DNA of 64,000 bases from Spirochaetia bacterium (GCA_963662795.1 OY759746.1:2464001-2528000); one strand, 5' to 3'. Positions 11,642-22,145 are shown, counted from the stretch's first letter. Made by a program: numbers and translations. The notes: generated by a model from the letters alone, not told the origin.

Positions 11642-12436
11642 TCATTCATTTACAGTAATTCTGCACTTCCCGTTTACCGAATGATGGTTAATAACTGCTT
11701 TTTCATTAGATTTATCAATTCTAAGTTTTTTGCTATAGGAATCATTGTTTATATAAAGCTTCCCATTTAATGATACCATATTAATATCATAATCATTTCG
11801 GGATCCAAAAAGTTGAAGTTCCGAACTGCCGTTTACTGTATTTATATCAGCATTGCAATAATCAAATGTATTCAAATAGATATCGCCATTTACAGTCTTG
11901 AGATCTATATCTGACTTAATAATTGTATTAATATCGATTTTGCCGTTAACAGTATCTGCGCTAACTGAATCAACGCATATATCCTTCATACTTATTATTC
12001 CGTTTACCGTTTTTAGTTTTAATTTTTGAAGAATTATATCATTTGGTATATAAACATTTACAGCAGTATTTCTAAAATTACGAATACCAAAATTCCACAT
12101 TTTGAATTTTGCTGATACTGATACTGAAATGTCCGGCCCGGCTAATGTTTCGTTATAGTAAAAATGTGGATTTTTTACATATTCAATTCTAATATTGTCA
12201 TCATCAGAAGTCTGGACGTCTATGTTTGAATTGATAAATTCCAGGGAAATAGAATTAATATTATCATTAATTATTATTTTCCTGTTTTCAGTTGTTTCTG
12301 TTTTGTTGAAATGAGTGATTTTATTCCAAAATGCTCTGATTCCATTATTGGCAACTATTGAATAACTTGTCATTGCGAAGCCAACTATGATAAATACAGC
12401 GGATATTATAATAATTGTAAAAGAACGCTTTTTCAT
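11642..12436 (-). CDS. DUF4097 beta-strand repeat membrane-anchored protein
   Basis: N-terminal TM helix; repeated TVNG motifs; in a PadR-DUF1700-DUF4097 operon. Confidence 0.85.
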   Translation of the reverse strand: MKKRSFTIIIISAVFIIVGFAMTSYSIVANNGIRAFWNKITHFNKTETTENRKIIINDNINSISLEFINSNIDVQTSDDDNIRIEYVKNPHFYYNETLAGPDISVSVSAKFKMWNFGIRNFRNTAVNVYIPNDIILQKLKLKTVNGIISMKDICVDSVSADTVNGKIDINTIIKSDIDLKTVNGDIYLNTFDYCNADINTVNGSSELQLFGSRNDYDINMVSLNGKLYINNDSYSKKLRIDKSNEKAVINHHSVNGKCRITVNE

Positions 12437-12437
12437 T

Positions 12438-13025
12438 TTATTTCTTTCCCCTTAGTCCTTCATTTATTTTTTTGATAAAGTTTGCAAGCAAGACAATGAT
12501 AAAGCTGCTTGCTCTCATTATTCCGTAGCCAGTTAGTATCAGCAATCCTGTTGCAATCAGGCATAGACCAAGTAAACCAATACCAGATACTGGATCAGTG
12601 ACTATCATTGTGATTGAAGTGCTGATTATCGAAAAAGCAACAATAAAAAATACAACGACAACAACTCCTATTGAAACTAGACTTGCGAAAATCGAAACAA
12701 TAATTGCGATAATAACTGCCAGTAAAACAATAGCAAGGGGCAATGCCGTTGGCAGTGCACAAAGGCTAAGCACAGCAATTAACAGCTTAACGGAATTTCT
12801 TAATGATGGTTTTTCCTTTGCTTTATTAATGCGATAGTCAGCTTGAATAATTGCTGCAACATCTTTTGGTGAGCCAAGGGATTTATATATTTCATCCCAG
12901 GACTTCCCTGAAGACTCTGCTTCAAAAACATACTCTTTGTAATAATTTATGGCTTCTTTTTTTTCTGCATTGTTCATGAAATGAAGCTTCTTTTCCAATT
13001 CATTAAAAAAATCATCTTGTGTCAT
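12438..13025 (-). CDS. DUF1700 membrane protein
   Basis: MTQDDFFNELEKKL...YY.EY..E...LGSPKDVA followed by TM helices; ATG 13025 has GGAGG upstream. Confidence 0.85.
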   Translation of the reverse strand: MTQDDFFNELEKKLHFMNNAEKKEAINYYKEYVFEAESSGKSWDEIYKSLGSPKDVAAIIQADYRINKAKEKPSLRNSVKLLIAVLSLCALPTALPLAIVLLAVIIAIIVSIFASLVSIGVVVVVFFIVAFSIISTSITMIVTDPVSGIGLLGLCLIATGLLILTGYGIMRASSFIIVLLANFIKKINEGLRGKK

Positions 13026-13335
13026 TTGAGTTTCCTCCCACAATATAATCAATAGTTTTTTTTAATTCTTTTAATTCCTTTTTTGATTCATTCAGTTTTA
13101 AAATGCCCTCAGGAGTTATTGAGTAGTATTTTCTCAACCTTCCTCCATACTCACGAGAGTAGGTTTTTAAGTAACCAAGATTTTCAAGCCGCCTTAATAC
13201 CGGATAAAGTGATGACTCAGAAATATCCATTAAACTAAGAATATCCTGTGTAATCTTATATCCGTATGTATCTTCATTTAAAGCAGCGGTCAAAACACAA
13301 GAATTTAATAAACCCTTTTTCAATTGTATGTCCAT
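13012..13335 (-). CDS. PadR-family transcriptional regulator
   Basis: QLKKGLL, DTYGY, SESSLYPVLRRLE, GRLRKYYSIT..G. Confidence 0.93.
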   Translation of the reverse strand: MDIQLKKGLLNSCVLTAALNEDTYGYKITQDILSLMDISESSLYPVLRRLENLGYLKTYSREYGGRLRKYYSITPEGILKLNESKKELKELKKTIDYIVGGNSNDTR

Positions 13336-13349
13336 TATAATGTCCTATT

Positions 13350-13384
13350 TATAATACTATACGATATACAGTATTATATGTCAA
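13350..13384 (-). promoter_or_regulatory. padR promoter with overlapping inverted repeat (putative PadR operator)
   Basis: TTGACA-17 bp-TATAGT on the minus strand, overlapped by TATAATACT-N11-AGTATTATA. Confidence 0.65.
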
Positions 13385-13488
13385 GTAGTATTTTAATTAC
13401 CATTAAAATGATTTATTGAGAAATATTATATTGTGTTTGGGATACTAAGGGGAAAGAATAAATAATTATATGTATTCATCATTAAATA

Positions 13489-14256
13489 TTATTGCCTATT
13501 GGCTTTATACAATTGCTCGATAAGTGGAATCAATTCAGGCAAGCTTGATATTGTGTGAGTTTGAATTTTCGGTTTTACCATCCTGTGACTTTGATTAGCT
13601 GCGAAATCCAAAGCATTAACATCAGTTCCACGGACTTTTCTTTGTATCAATACTGAATGCATATCTGCAGCCTTGGCCGCGGTTATGTCATCACTTGTAT
13701 CACCAATATATATCACTTCACTTGCTCGAATATTGGTATCTTTTAAAGCCTTGTCAAATATTTTCGGATCCGGTTTTTTTACACCAACTTCTGCCGATAC
13801 CACAATTGTATCTAAAAAATTATCAAGTTGATACTCAGATAAGCATTTTCGAACATGTCTGGGATGATCAAAATTACTTACAAGTCCGATAAAATAATTA
13901 CGGCTTAGATTTTCAAGAACCGGAATTGTATCAGGATCAAGTTCAATAAAATCTTGCCAACTGGTAACTATAATGTCGGCAATTTCTTTTATATCTCTCT
14001 TTGAAGCTAATAATCTGTAATTATGAACTAATTCATTAATTCGATTTTCCAGCAATGTCATTCCACTGTCAGGATTTTCAGGCTCCTCTCTTCCGAAGAA
14101 CTGGTCACATGCGCCTGAAAAATCTTCTATGGTAATTGAGAGCCCAAGATCTCGCATGCATTTGTAAAAAGTGCTCAACCAAACATTCCAGGCTTGTTTC
14201 ATGTCACCATATAGAAAAAGCGTTCCGTATAAGTCAAAAAATATGCCTCTAATCAT
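13489..14256 (-). CDS. HAD-superfamily hydrolase
   Basis: FFDLYGTL, VSNFD, KKPDPKIF, YIGDT.DD. Confidence 0.9.
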   Translation of the reverse strand: MIRGIFFDLYGTLFLYGDMKQAWNVWLSTFYKCMRDLGLSITIEDFSGACDQFFGREEPENPDSGMTLLENRINELVHNYRLLASKRDIKEIADIIVTSWQDFIELDPDTIPVLENLSRNYFIGLVSNFDHPRHVRKCLSEYQLDNFLDTIVVSAEVGVKKPDPKIFDKALKDTNIRASEVIYIGDTSDDITAAKAADMHSVLIQRKVRGTDVNALDFAANQSHRMVKPKIQTHTISSLPELIPLIEQLYKANRQ

Positions 14257-14382
14257 TTCTTCCTCAACATTTTTTAGATTATCATTACCTGGCCATGGCG
14301 ACTAGTCTTACATAGTCAATTATAAAAAATAGTGTCACGTTTTACGAATATGTAATGTTGGTCGATTGACAATTTAGATGTC

Positions 14383-14413
14383 GCAGAACGGGACCTCATA
14401 TCCGCTGTTATTG
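14383..14413 (-). repeat. Collapsed attC-like relic
   Basis: Starts 12 bp after the 14425 stop: CAATAAC AGCGGATA...GTTCTGC; shares TAACAG.GGATA with the full element at 25620-25790. Confidence 0.4.
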
Positions 14414-14424
14414 TGTTGTTCCAA

Positions 14425-14838
14425 TTATTCTTTGCGCTTCATAATTGCGCTCCAGGAATTGATTAATTCATCTCCATTATATAGAGCTCCATAAGCTTTA
14501 CATATATTGTTTTCACGAATTATTATTTCAAATCCATTCATGTCGCTATTTGCAATTTGAAATTTTGAAAAAATTGTATTTCTGTCTAATGTGAATATCC
14601 CTTTTAGCGTACCTAAACCTGGATTCTCAGATATAAATGAATATTTAGTCTCTGTAATTTTTGTTATTGAATAGAAATTTTCAATTTTTAAATCATTAAG
14701 CATCGCCCAGCTTTTATTTATTATTTTATTTTCATCAATAGTAATTCTTGTTTCTCCTGTTGCTTTCAATATATTTCCATCAGGAGTGACAAACTCAGAA
14801 AAAGATATCCATATAGCGTTTTCTGCTAAAAGATGCAT
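14425..14838 (-). CDS. Hypothetical protein (beta-rich)
   Basis: 137-aa ORF with AAGGAGG RBS; no motif recognised. Confidence 0.7.
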   Translation of the reverse strand: MHLLAENAIWISFSEFVTPDGNILKATGETRITIDENKIINKSWAMLNDLKIENFYSITKITETKYSFISENPGLGTLKGIFTLDRNTIFSKFQIANSDMNGFEIIIRENNICKAYGALYNGDELINSWSAIMKRKE

Positions 14839-14990
14839 GATTATTTCCTCCTTGTCATTATGGCATTAGTTATTTTATATCCATGCTACGAATGAGGGAA
14901 GATTAATATTTTGATAAAATTGACGATATACTTGGAGTTGGGCAATGGAAATCTTTCCTGCTTATTAGTAGAAAATAATGGTAAAACAAA

Positions 14991-15605
14991 TTAATCATCA
15001 CTTAATGCTAATTTAGCAGCTAGTCCAATAAATAACAGTCCAAATGACTGCTGAATTCTATTCGCAATTACTGCTGAATTGAGGATTAATTGCTTGAAGT
15101 AATTTGCAAGAAGTCCATAAAGTATAAATATAATGAGTGTCATAATCATGAAGAATGCTCCTAGTAATATTATCTGAGGAAGATAGCTTTTATATATACT
15201 GTCAATAAACTGAGGTAGAAAAGAAAAGAAAAAAAGAGATAATTTTGGGTTTAATAAATTAATTAAAATCCCCTTTAAAAAGATTTTTACTTTATTATTT
15301 TCTTTGATTCCTTCAGTAATCTGAATATTACTTTTATTTCTGATCATGCCTATACCAAGATAGAAAAGGTAAGCGACACCTATTATTTTGATTATTTTAA
15401 AAAGTATTGAGCTCGCATAAAATATTGCAGATAAGCCGATCATACTTGTAATTAAGTGAGGGATTATTCCTGCAGTACAACCAAATGCTGCAGTAATACT
15501 ATCTCTTTTATTTCCTGAGATAGCAATTGAAACAGTATAAATAACGCCAGTCCCTGGCGTTAAAATTACAATTAAGCTTGTTAATATGAATCCATAGCTT
15601 ATCAT
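14991..15605 (-). CDS. LysE/RhtB family translocator
   Basis: LTPGTG, G.AYL.YLG, GILINLLNPK..LFF..FLPQF. Confidence 0.92.
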   Translation of the reverse strand: MISYGFILTSLIVILTPGTGVIYTVSIAISGNKRDSITAAFGCTAGIIPHLITSMIGLSAIFYASSILFKIIKIIGVAYLFYLGIGMIRNKSNIQITEGIKENNKVKIFLKGILINLLNPKLSLFFFSFLPQFIDSIYKSYLPQIILLGAFFMIMTLIIFILYGLLANYFKQLILNSAVIANRIQQSFGLLFIGLAAKLALSDD

Positions 15606-15955
15606 ATAACCCTCATTGAATAAAATTATTACTTATTCTACACCCGCGCGGAGAAAATGGAAAGGAAATATTATTTCAGGCTATGGAGAAGGGGATGTCA
15701 GGAAATTGTTCTATTTGTACAATTCATCTATTTTCACTTATATCCTGTTGTTTGTCATTTCTATAATTTTTGGAAAATGTTTCTATACAAATTCCTTTTT
15801 TCTTTATCTTATTTTGTAACATTTCATCTCTAGCATCATCTAATATTTCTACTAACACTAGAATTGTAGTTTCCATGTTTCAACTTTTATTAAATATTCT
15901 GTTTCAAGATTATTGACTAATAATCAAGACTTGTAATAATATGAGCTTAATTTTT

Positions 15956-16048
15956 AAGGGGAGTTCGGAACATTGCCGGGCTGAGAGGAAGGCACAAAGG
16001 GCCTTCGACCCATTGAACCTGATCTGGGTAATGCCAGCGAAGGGAAGG
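15956..16048 (+). ncRNA. TPP riboswitch (THI element)
   Basis: GGGGAG...CTGAGAG...GACCCATTGAACCTGATCTGGGTAATGCCAGCGAAGGGA upstream of ykoF/E/D-C. Confidence 0.96.
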
Positions 16049-16150
16049 GTTTTCGCATTCAATGCGGAATTTCAGTGAAACTGCTTGCAACATGCGGTTG
16101 TTTGAATTCAGGTACATGTCTATCTCCCCCTAATTCAAGGGGGTACACAT

Positions 16151-16738
16151 TTGAAGTGTGGAAGTCAATTTTCATTATATCCTATGACAGCAAGATTTAC
16201 GGATGTCATTATGCCGGCAGTAAATCAGCTGAAGGCTGGCAAGGGAACAGGATTAACAGTACAGACCGATGATCTCAGTACCTTGGTACATGGCGGAGTA
16301 ACAGATGTTTTTACGGCGTTACGGGACTCCTTTGCAGCAGCCGCTGAGGAGGGGGAACATGTGGCGGCAAGCATACTTTTCAGCCGGGGATGCCCCGGTG
16401 AGACAGAATGTTGTTCTGCCGGTGACAAGTTGGATGATGCGTTTCCGGCTTTAGTTCTTCCCGATGGTAATGTTTCCGACAGAGAGATTTCTGCCCAGTT
16501 TTCTCTCTATCCATTGGGGACTCCAGACTATATGGACTGTATCTACGATGTTGTGGACATCACCAAACGAAAGGAAACATTTACCTGTTCTAAAAACTTT
16601 TGCACCCGCATAGACGGTACAGTTGCAGATGTTTTTCAGTCAATCTATGAAAGTTTTATAACTACTCAGATTTCGCATGTAGTAATTCATGTAACACTTT
16701 CAGCGAATAGTCCCAGTAAAAAAGGAGAAATACTGTAA
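16151..16738 (+). CDS. ykoF: YkoF-like thiamine/HMP-binding protein
   Basis: Two repeats of QFSLYP; TDDLST; SRGCPG; C-terminal SANSPS; TPP riboswitch upstream. Confidence 0.85.
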   Translation: MKCGSQFSLYPMTARFTDVIMPAVNQLKAGKGTGLTVQTDDLSTLVHGGVTDVFTALRDSFAAAAEEGEHVAASILFSRGCPGETECCSAGDKLDDAFPALVLPDGNVSDREISAQFSLYPLGTPDYMDCIYDVVDITKRKETFTCSKNFCTRIDGTVADVFQSIYESFITTQISHVVIHVTLSANSPSKKGEIL

Positions 16739-17319
16739 TGAAAACTAATCAAAAATCACTTTCCTGGTCAACCAGAGATACTGTTGTAGTGGCTATATCC
16801 TCTGTTGTTTTCGGTGTATGTTATCTTGCCTGGGTTCAGATTTGGCTACTTGCCCAGGGCCTTATCGGTCCACTGGCAATGGATATCGTATTTGGATTCT
16901 GGTTTGCGGGATCAACCTTCACTGCTTATGTAGTTCGTAAACCCTGGGTTGCGTTTGCTACTGCAATTCTTGCTGTAGTCGCTGAGATCTTCTCAGGTAA
17001 CGCGGCAGGGGCAATTCTTCTTTTAACAGGTTTTATTCAGGGACTCGGCTCAGAGATGCCTTTTCTGTCTACACGCTGGAGACGTTATGGATGGCCTGTT
17101 CTACTTTTTTCTGGTGTCAGTGCAGCGTTGTTCAGTTTTGTTTATAACTGGGTGCGCTTTGATTATGAGAGTCTAAAGCCTGGGCTGCTTATAACCATGT
17201 TCAGTATCCGGATTTTAAGTGGCATGATACTGGGAGCAGTACTGCCGAAGATCGTTGCTGATCGATTGCTTAAAACTGGGGTATTAGATGGTTTGGCCAT
17301 CGAAACCGATGGTAAATAA
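16738..17319 (+). CDS. ykoE: ECF transporter S component, YkoE family (thiamine/HMP)
   Basis: W..RD, G.WF, VRKPW.A, QGLG.E, hydrophobic 193 aa; operon context. Confidence 0.88.
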   Translation: MKTNQKSLSWSTRDTVVVAISSVVFGVCYLAWVQIWLLAQGLIGPLAMDIVFGFWFAGSTFTAYVVRKPWVAFATAILAVVAEIFSGNAAGAILLLTGFIQGLGSEMPFLSTRWRRYGWPVLLFSGVSAALFSFVYNWVRFDYESLKPGLLITMFSIRILSGMILGAVLPKIVADRLLKTGVLDGLAIETDGK

Positions 17320-19591
17320 ATACGGAGATTCAGGAATATATAATTTGCCGGAGATCATCCCCGATGACATTGTCGAAGAAGTATTCCCTGCAGTCTCTGC
17401 GCGGGCGCTTTCAATAGGATATCCACGTTCCGTTTCTTGCGCTGTCAATGCCGCAGATTTTAGTATTCCGCGCGGAGGAGTCTGCTGGTTACTCGGACAC
17501 AATGGTTCCGGCAAGAGTTCTCTGGGACTTGCCTTAGCAGGCATGCTTCCGGGGATTGTTCCCGGCATCCGGAAGGGGTATTTGCGGGTTCATGGCCGTG
17601 ATCCGGCCATGCTGACGCCCCTCGAACGTATTGAACTAAGCGGATTTATTCTTCAGGATCCTTCATCACAACTTTGTACTCTGACTGTAGAAAGTGAGAT
17701 TGCTCTGCTTTTAGAAAATAAAAATGAATGTCGAGAGGAAATATCACGACGTACTTCTCTGATTTTGGATCAGTTTGGTATTTCGCACCTTGCGAATCGG
17801 GATATTCTAACCCTGAGTGGTGGCGAAAAACAACTTGTTGCCCTGGCTTCTACTGCACTTGCACCTCCTCAAGTACTAGTCCTCGACGAACCCTGCGCTT
17901 ATCTTGACGACAGAAATCGGAAGTTAGTTCTCCAGATAGTGTCTCGCATGAAGAATGAGATTCCCGGCATGACTTTGATTATAATTGAGCACCGAACCGA
18001 TGGACTGCCTGCTTCTGATTGCATCCTGTTGTTAAATAGTGAAGGGAAAGTAACCTCCGTAAATGAATCCGTGGAATGGGATAGGGATTTCCCCACCATA
18101 TCCGGCAGAAAAACAGATGGAAATCCAGTTGTGCTTCGGATAACTGATCTCCATTTCCGTTATTCCGGGAAGCCTTATTTGCCGTTGCTCCTGAATGGAC
18201 TTAACCTGACTGTTCACCGCGGGGAGATTACGGTATTAAAAGGGATAAACGGTAGCGGTAAATCAACACTATTGCACCTGATAGCAGGCGCACTTTGTGA
18301 GCGGGTTAAGTCTGGTCTCAAAGCAGAATCAGGCACAATAGAGTTTATTCCTTCAGCAGATCAGGATATCCATGAGACGCCAATTATGCTTGTCCCTCAG
18401 AATCCGGAACACCTATTTATAAGCAGTTCAGTTCAAGCTGAACTCTTTACAGCCTGCAAGGGAAATGAAGAGACAATATGTGAGGTTATGAAACGGTTTG
18501 ATCTTATGGAACTTAATGACAGAAATCCCTATACGCTGTCCACCGGGCAGAAGCGGCGGCTTAATTTGGCGGTGGCTTCTGTGATTCCAGCACAGATAGT
18601 TCTCATGGATGAGCCTACCTTCGGCCTGGATAGCCCGGGGGTATGCGAACTTATCCGGTTAATGGAACAGTTACGAGACCAAGGGAAAACCTTGTTGGTA
18701 GCAACTCACGATGACAGTTTTTCCCGTGCGGTAGCCGATACTATCTTAATACTTGATCGGGGGGTTCTCAGAAATAAAGAAGATAGTGTTGAAATGGATG
18801 AATCGGGGTCAAAGGGATTGGAAACCGGTACAGGAAAAAAAGGTATCACGGCATGCCGGAGCCCGTTTTCCCGGTTGAACCCCCTGGCTCGGGGAGCAGG
18901 AGTCATGATTTTTATTCTTGGAGTGAGTTTTAGCGGATCTCTTCAAATTACGCTGAGCTGGCTTGTTCCGGGGCTTCTATCGGCGCTTTGCTTTACATCT
19001 CTGCATCCTTCGGTATTACTACGCAAAATGTTCCCATTCGCTTTGATCGGGGCCGGATTTTTATGGGCAAACTTGCTTTTTCATCGTAACGGCGGTTTTG
19101 CTGACGGTTTTACCATCGGATTATTACTTTTTTTTCGCTCCCTGGTGTTCGGTGTCTTTTCTCTGCTTTTTGTTCAGGACATGGATCCTGAGGAGTTTGC
19201 GCACTCCCTGCTGCACTATCTCAAAGTCCCTCCTAAATTAGTTTACTCAACACTGATCGCCTTTCGGCTCGGACCGGAATTGAAATCCGAACTGAGTACT
19301 ATTCGTTTTGCTGTGGACCTGAGGGAGATCAATGTTAACAAGCGAAGGATATTAAACAAAATAGGCCGTACTTTTCATATATTTTTCGCAGTGTTTGTCT
19401 CAGCTTTTCGCAGGGCTGGTAGGATCGCAGTTGCCCTTGAAGGTCGGGGGCTCGACAACGGACCTCGCAGTATGCGCTCTGTTCCGGCATTCTCATGGAT
19501 GGACATTATGTTTCTGGTAGTTTGTATTCTGCTGTTTACGGCACCTCTGATTGTGCTGGGTACAAATATCTGGCAGGGTGGGTATTTTTAA
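17309..19591 (+). CDS. Fused ECF module: two ABC ATPase domains plus EcfT transmembrane component (YkoD-YkoC fusion)
   Basis: GHNGSGKS/LSGGEKQ/LDEP and GINGSGKS/LSTGQKRR/MDEP, then LNPLAR, TM helices and ALEGRG (EcfT motif) in one frame; start may be 17288 or 17309. Confidence 0.85.
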   Translation: MVNKYGDSGIYNLPEIIPDDIVEEVFPAVSARALSIGYPRSVSCAVNAADFSIPRGGVCWLLGHNGSGKSSLGLALAGMLPGIVPGIRKGYLRVHGRDPAMLTPLERIELSGFILQDPSSQLCTLTVESEIALLLENKNECREEISRRTSLILDQFGISHLANRDILTLSGGEKQLVALASTALAPPQVLVLDEPCAYLDDRNRKLVLQIVSRMKNEIPGMTLIIIEHRTDGLPASDCILLLNSEGKVTSVNESVEWDRDFPTISGRKTDGNPVVLRITDLHFRYSGKPYLPLLLNGLNLTVHRGEITVLKGINGSGKSTLLHLIAGALCERVKSGLKAESGTIEFIPSADQDIHETPIMLVPQNPEHLFISSSVQAELFTACKGNEETICEVMKRFDLMELNDRNPYTLSTGQKRRLNLAVASVIPAQIVLMDEPTFGLDSPGVCELIRLMEQLRDQGKTLLVATHDDSFSRAVADTILILDRGVLRNKEDSVEMDESGSKGLETGTGKKGITACRSPFSRLNPLARGAGVMIFILGVSFSGSLQITLSWLVPGLLSALCFTSLHPSVLLRKMFPFALIGAGFLWANLLFHRNGGFADGFTIGLLLFFRSLVFGVFSLLFVQDMDPEEFAHSLLHYLKVPPKLVYSTLIAFRLGPELKSELSTIRFAVDLREINVNKRRILNKIGRTFHIFFAVFVSAFRRAGRIAVALEGRGLDNGPRSMRSVPAFSWMDIMFLVVCILLFTAPLIVLGTNIWQGGYF

Positions 19592-19777
19592 ACATTTTTT
19601 TAAAATAAATTCGTGGTGCCTGAATTATTCAGTCATTTTCTTTAACCCGGAAAATGAGATTCTGACTCATCTTTTGGAAAATGATTTTCTTCAAGGGGAT
19701 CTAAGAAGTAAGAAGAAGATTTTCTCTGGAGGGGAGGGAGGACCCAAGGCTGAATTTCTTCTGTTTATTACCTCGTT

Positions 19778-20224
19778 TTAAGTATCTATCCTTTCTAATT
19801 CCTCTAAAGAAATTACTTTATCTCTATACACTAAATCTCTTCTTTCTTTAAAACCCAATTTGTCCCAAAAATTATTTCCATTATCATTATTCCTGAATAC
19901 TACAAAAGCTATCTTATTTATTCCTTCTTCTCTAAGTGCATTAATAGATCTATCGACTAAGGCTTTTCCAATTCCATTATATCTTTTTTCCTGCTTTACT
20001 GCTGTATGATGAATATACCCCCTTCTTCCATCATGGCCACTTAAAATAACACCTACAATTTCCCCATTTTCTTTTGCTGTGAAACAAGTCGTAGGATTTC
20101 GCCTTAAATATTTATCAATTCCTGCTTTTGAATCATCAAGTGCGTTCAACCCCATCCCAGGAGTATTTATCCATAAATTATATACATTTTCGTAATCTGC
20201 TATTGTCATTTCTACAATTTCCAT
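19778..20224 (-). CDS. GNAT acetyltransferase (YpeA-like)
   Basis: GVILSGHDGRRGYIHH.AV, R..GIGKALV, N..GN.FW.KLGF. Confidence 0.9.
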   Translation of the reverse strand: MEIVEMTIADYENVYNLWINTPGMGLNALDDSKAGIDKYLRRNPTTCFTAKENGEIVGVILSGHDGRRGYIHHTAVKQEKRYNGIGKALVDRSINALREEGINKIAFVVFRNNDNGNNFWDKLGFKERRDLVYRDKVISLEELERIDT

Positions 20225-20533
20225 TTTTATATTTTCCTTCTTCTCTACTATTACCTATACAGTCATGGCTATTTGATCTCTCTAATTCTTTTATTTTTTA
20301 TATTATTGCATATCCTCTCCCATTAATCGGAGCCCAGGCGCTTATTTTTGAAGCGAAAACAGTCTGTAAAACTTCTTAATCTTATAATCCTACATCAGGA
20401 TGGGGGATAAGGAAAGGAGAATTCTTAATGCCATGTGAGAATTGGAAATGAAGTATAGTTAAGTAATTTTTTCATTGACAAATTACCGATAAAAATTAAT
20501 AATAAACTATTCTAAATTTTCAGGAGGTCGTTA

Positions 20534-20581
20534 ATGTCTATTTTTGTAATTAAGGATGCTCCTGTTTTTGTCAGAATGTAA
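20534..20581 (+). CDS. Putative leader peptide MSIFVIKDAPVFVRM
   Basis: Strong RBS CAGGAGG at 20521, downstream of TTGACA (20475), overlapping a leader hairpin in front of the RNHCP gene. Confidence 0.6.
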   Translation: MSIFVIKDAPVFVRM

Positions 20582-20692
20582 AAAAATCCTATTATTTTTT
20601 GGTAATTTTTATTTTCTTAACATTACAGGACATCCAATCTCTTTTCCATTACGTCCGTAAGTTTTACGGTTTTATCAACTCGGGAGAAGAGT

Positions 20693-21082
20693 ATGCACAA
20701 AAAATATATAAATACTATAAATACAAATGAAAATAATGCATTTATCTGCGAACATTGTGGAAGTGTTGTAACTGCTACCTTAAACGGGACATCAAACCGT
20801 AATCATTGTCCTCATTGCCTAAGAAGCTGTCATGCAGATATTTGCATTGGAGACCGCCGCTCATGGTGTAGAGGTATTATGGATCCAATTGGTATTTGGG
20901 TAAAATCAAATAATGAATGGGCATTAATTCATCGTTGCAGGAAGTGTGGAATTTTACGTACAAACAGAATCGCAGGTGATGATAATGAAGAATTACTTTT
21001 TGCACTAGCCGCGGTTCCTTTAACATCAATGCCATTTCCAGCTAATCATATTTTAGGAGAAAAAATTAATGCAAAAAAATAA
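20693..21082 (+). CDS. RNHCP domain protein (Zn-ribbon-like)
   Basis: F.CEHCG, RNHCPHCL.S.H.D...GDR...CRG.M.PI, IHRC..CG...NRIAGDD. Confidence 0.93.
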   Translation: MHKKYINTINTNENNAFICEHCGSVVTATLNGTSNRNHCPHCLRSCHADICIGDRRSWCRGIMDPIGIWVKSNNEWALIHRCRKCGILRTNRIAGDDNEELLFALAAVPLTSMPFPANHILGEKINAKK

Positions 21083-21109
21083 AAATATTTTAAATTGATT
21101 TTTATATTT

Positions 21110-21146
21110 TCGACTCCTTTCTCTTAAGGAGTCGATTTTTATTTTT
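21110..21146 (+). terminator. Intrinsic terminator after RNHCP
   Basis: TCGACTCCTT-loop-AAGGAGTCGA followed by TTTTTATTTT. Confidence 0.85.
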
Positions 21147-21289
21147 GTATCTGGTGAAAAGCTAATTATAAAATATCCACACATGCAAGGGTATATGGGA
21201 AAGGGATTTTGTTGTTGAAAGAAGAAAGAAGGGCTGCCAGTGTTAGTAGGTTCTGCAGGTGTAAAAGCTAACTAAGTATTATTTATAAG

Positions 21290-21751
21290 TTAGATGTTGA
21301 TCTCTCTATTATTATACTCAGAATGATCTTTTATTGCAGCTAAGTAATGCTTTTCCATTAACTCTGAAGATATCAAATAATCTGCTGTTGCTCTATTACT
21401 CGCTGTCGGGATATTATATAGAACTGCTATTCTTAAAAGCGCTTTCACATCTACATCATGTGGTTGGGGCTGCATTGGATCCCAGAAGAATATTAGTACG
21501 TCTATTTTTTCATCTGCTATCATTGCTCCAAGTTGCTGATCACCACCTATAGGTCCAGATTTTAATAAGATTATATTATGTTTTAAAGGATGATTTTCGT
21601 CTATTCTTTCATTTAAAGCTTCCTGTACTAATTTTCCTGTTGTTCCGGTACAGACAAGCTGATGGTTTAAAAGGATTTTCCAATTCCATTTAACCCATTC
21701 TACCATGTCTTTTTTTAAATTATCGTGTGCTACAAGTGCAATATGTTTCAT
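21290..21751 (-). CDS. mgsA: Methylglyoxal synthase
   Basis: IALVAHD..K, TGTTG, SGPIGGDQQ.G, FFWDP...PHDVDVKAL.R. Confidence 0.96.
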   Translation of the reverse strand: MKHIALVAHDNLKKDMVEWVKWNWKILLNHQLVCTGTTGKLVQEALNERIDENHPLKHNIILLKSGPIGGDQQLGAMIADEKIDVLIFFWDPMQPQPHDVDVKALLRIAVLYNIPTASNRATADYLISSELMEKHYLAAIKDHSEYNNREINI

Positions 21752-22145
21752 TACATATAAGATACTAGAAATAATAAAATAAGTACATGATTTGTTTTAT
21801 ATTAATAATTAGCATTATTCTAAATCTGTGAAAAGCAGGTTTTTCTTCTAATGGTATATCACAAGAAATACCTAAAATCGTGATACTTTCATATAAAAGG
21901 ATTAAAAGTAATATATTCATTGCATTTATGGCATTTATAGTATCTCATTTTATAGCCTTAAAAATTATTCTTTGCTCGTCGGTCGGAATTCTATGTGATT
22001 ATTACTTCCCAACAGTAAGCTCCTCCGCAATCAGCTCCAATAATTTTATAGTACACCCACTCAAACGCGCAGAGAAGCGGTTTTTCCTCTTTGCCAGGGG
22101 TGGGGGGAGGTGAAGGCAGAGCCAAGGATGGACTTTCAAATATAA

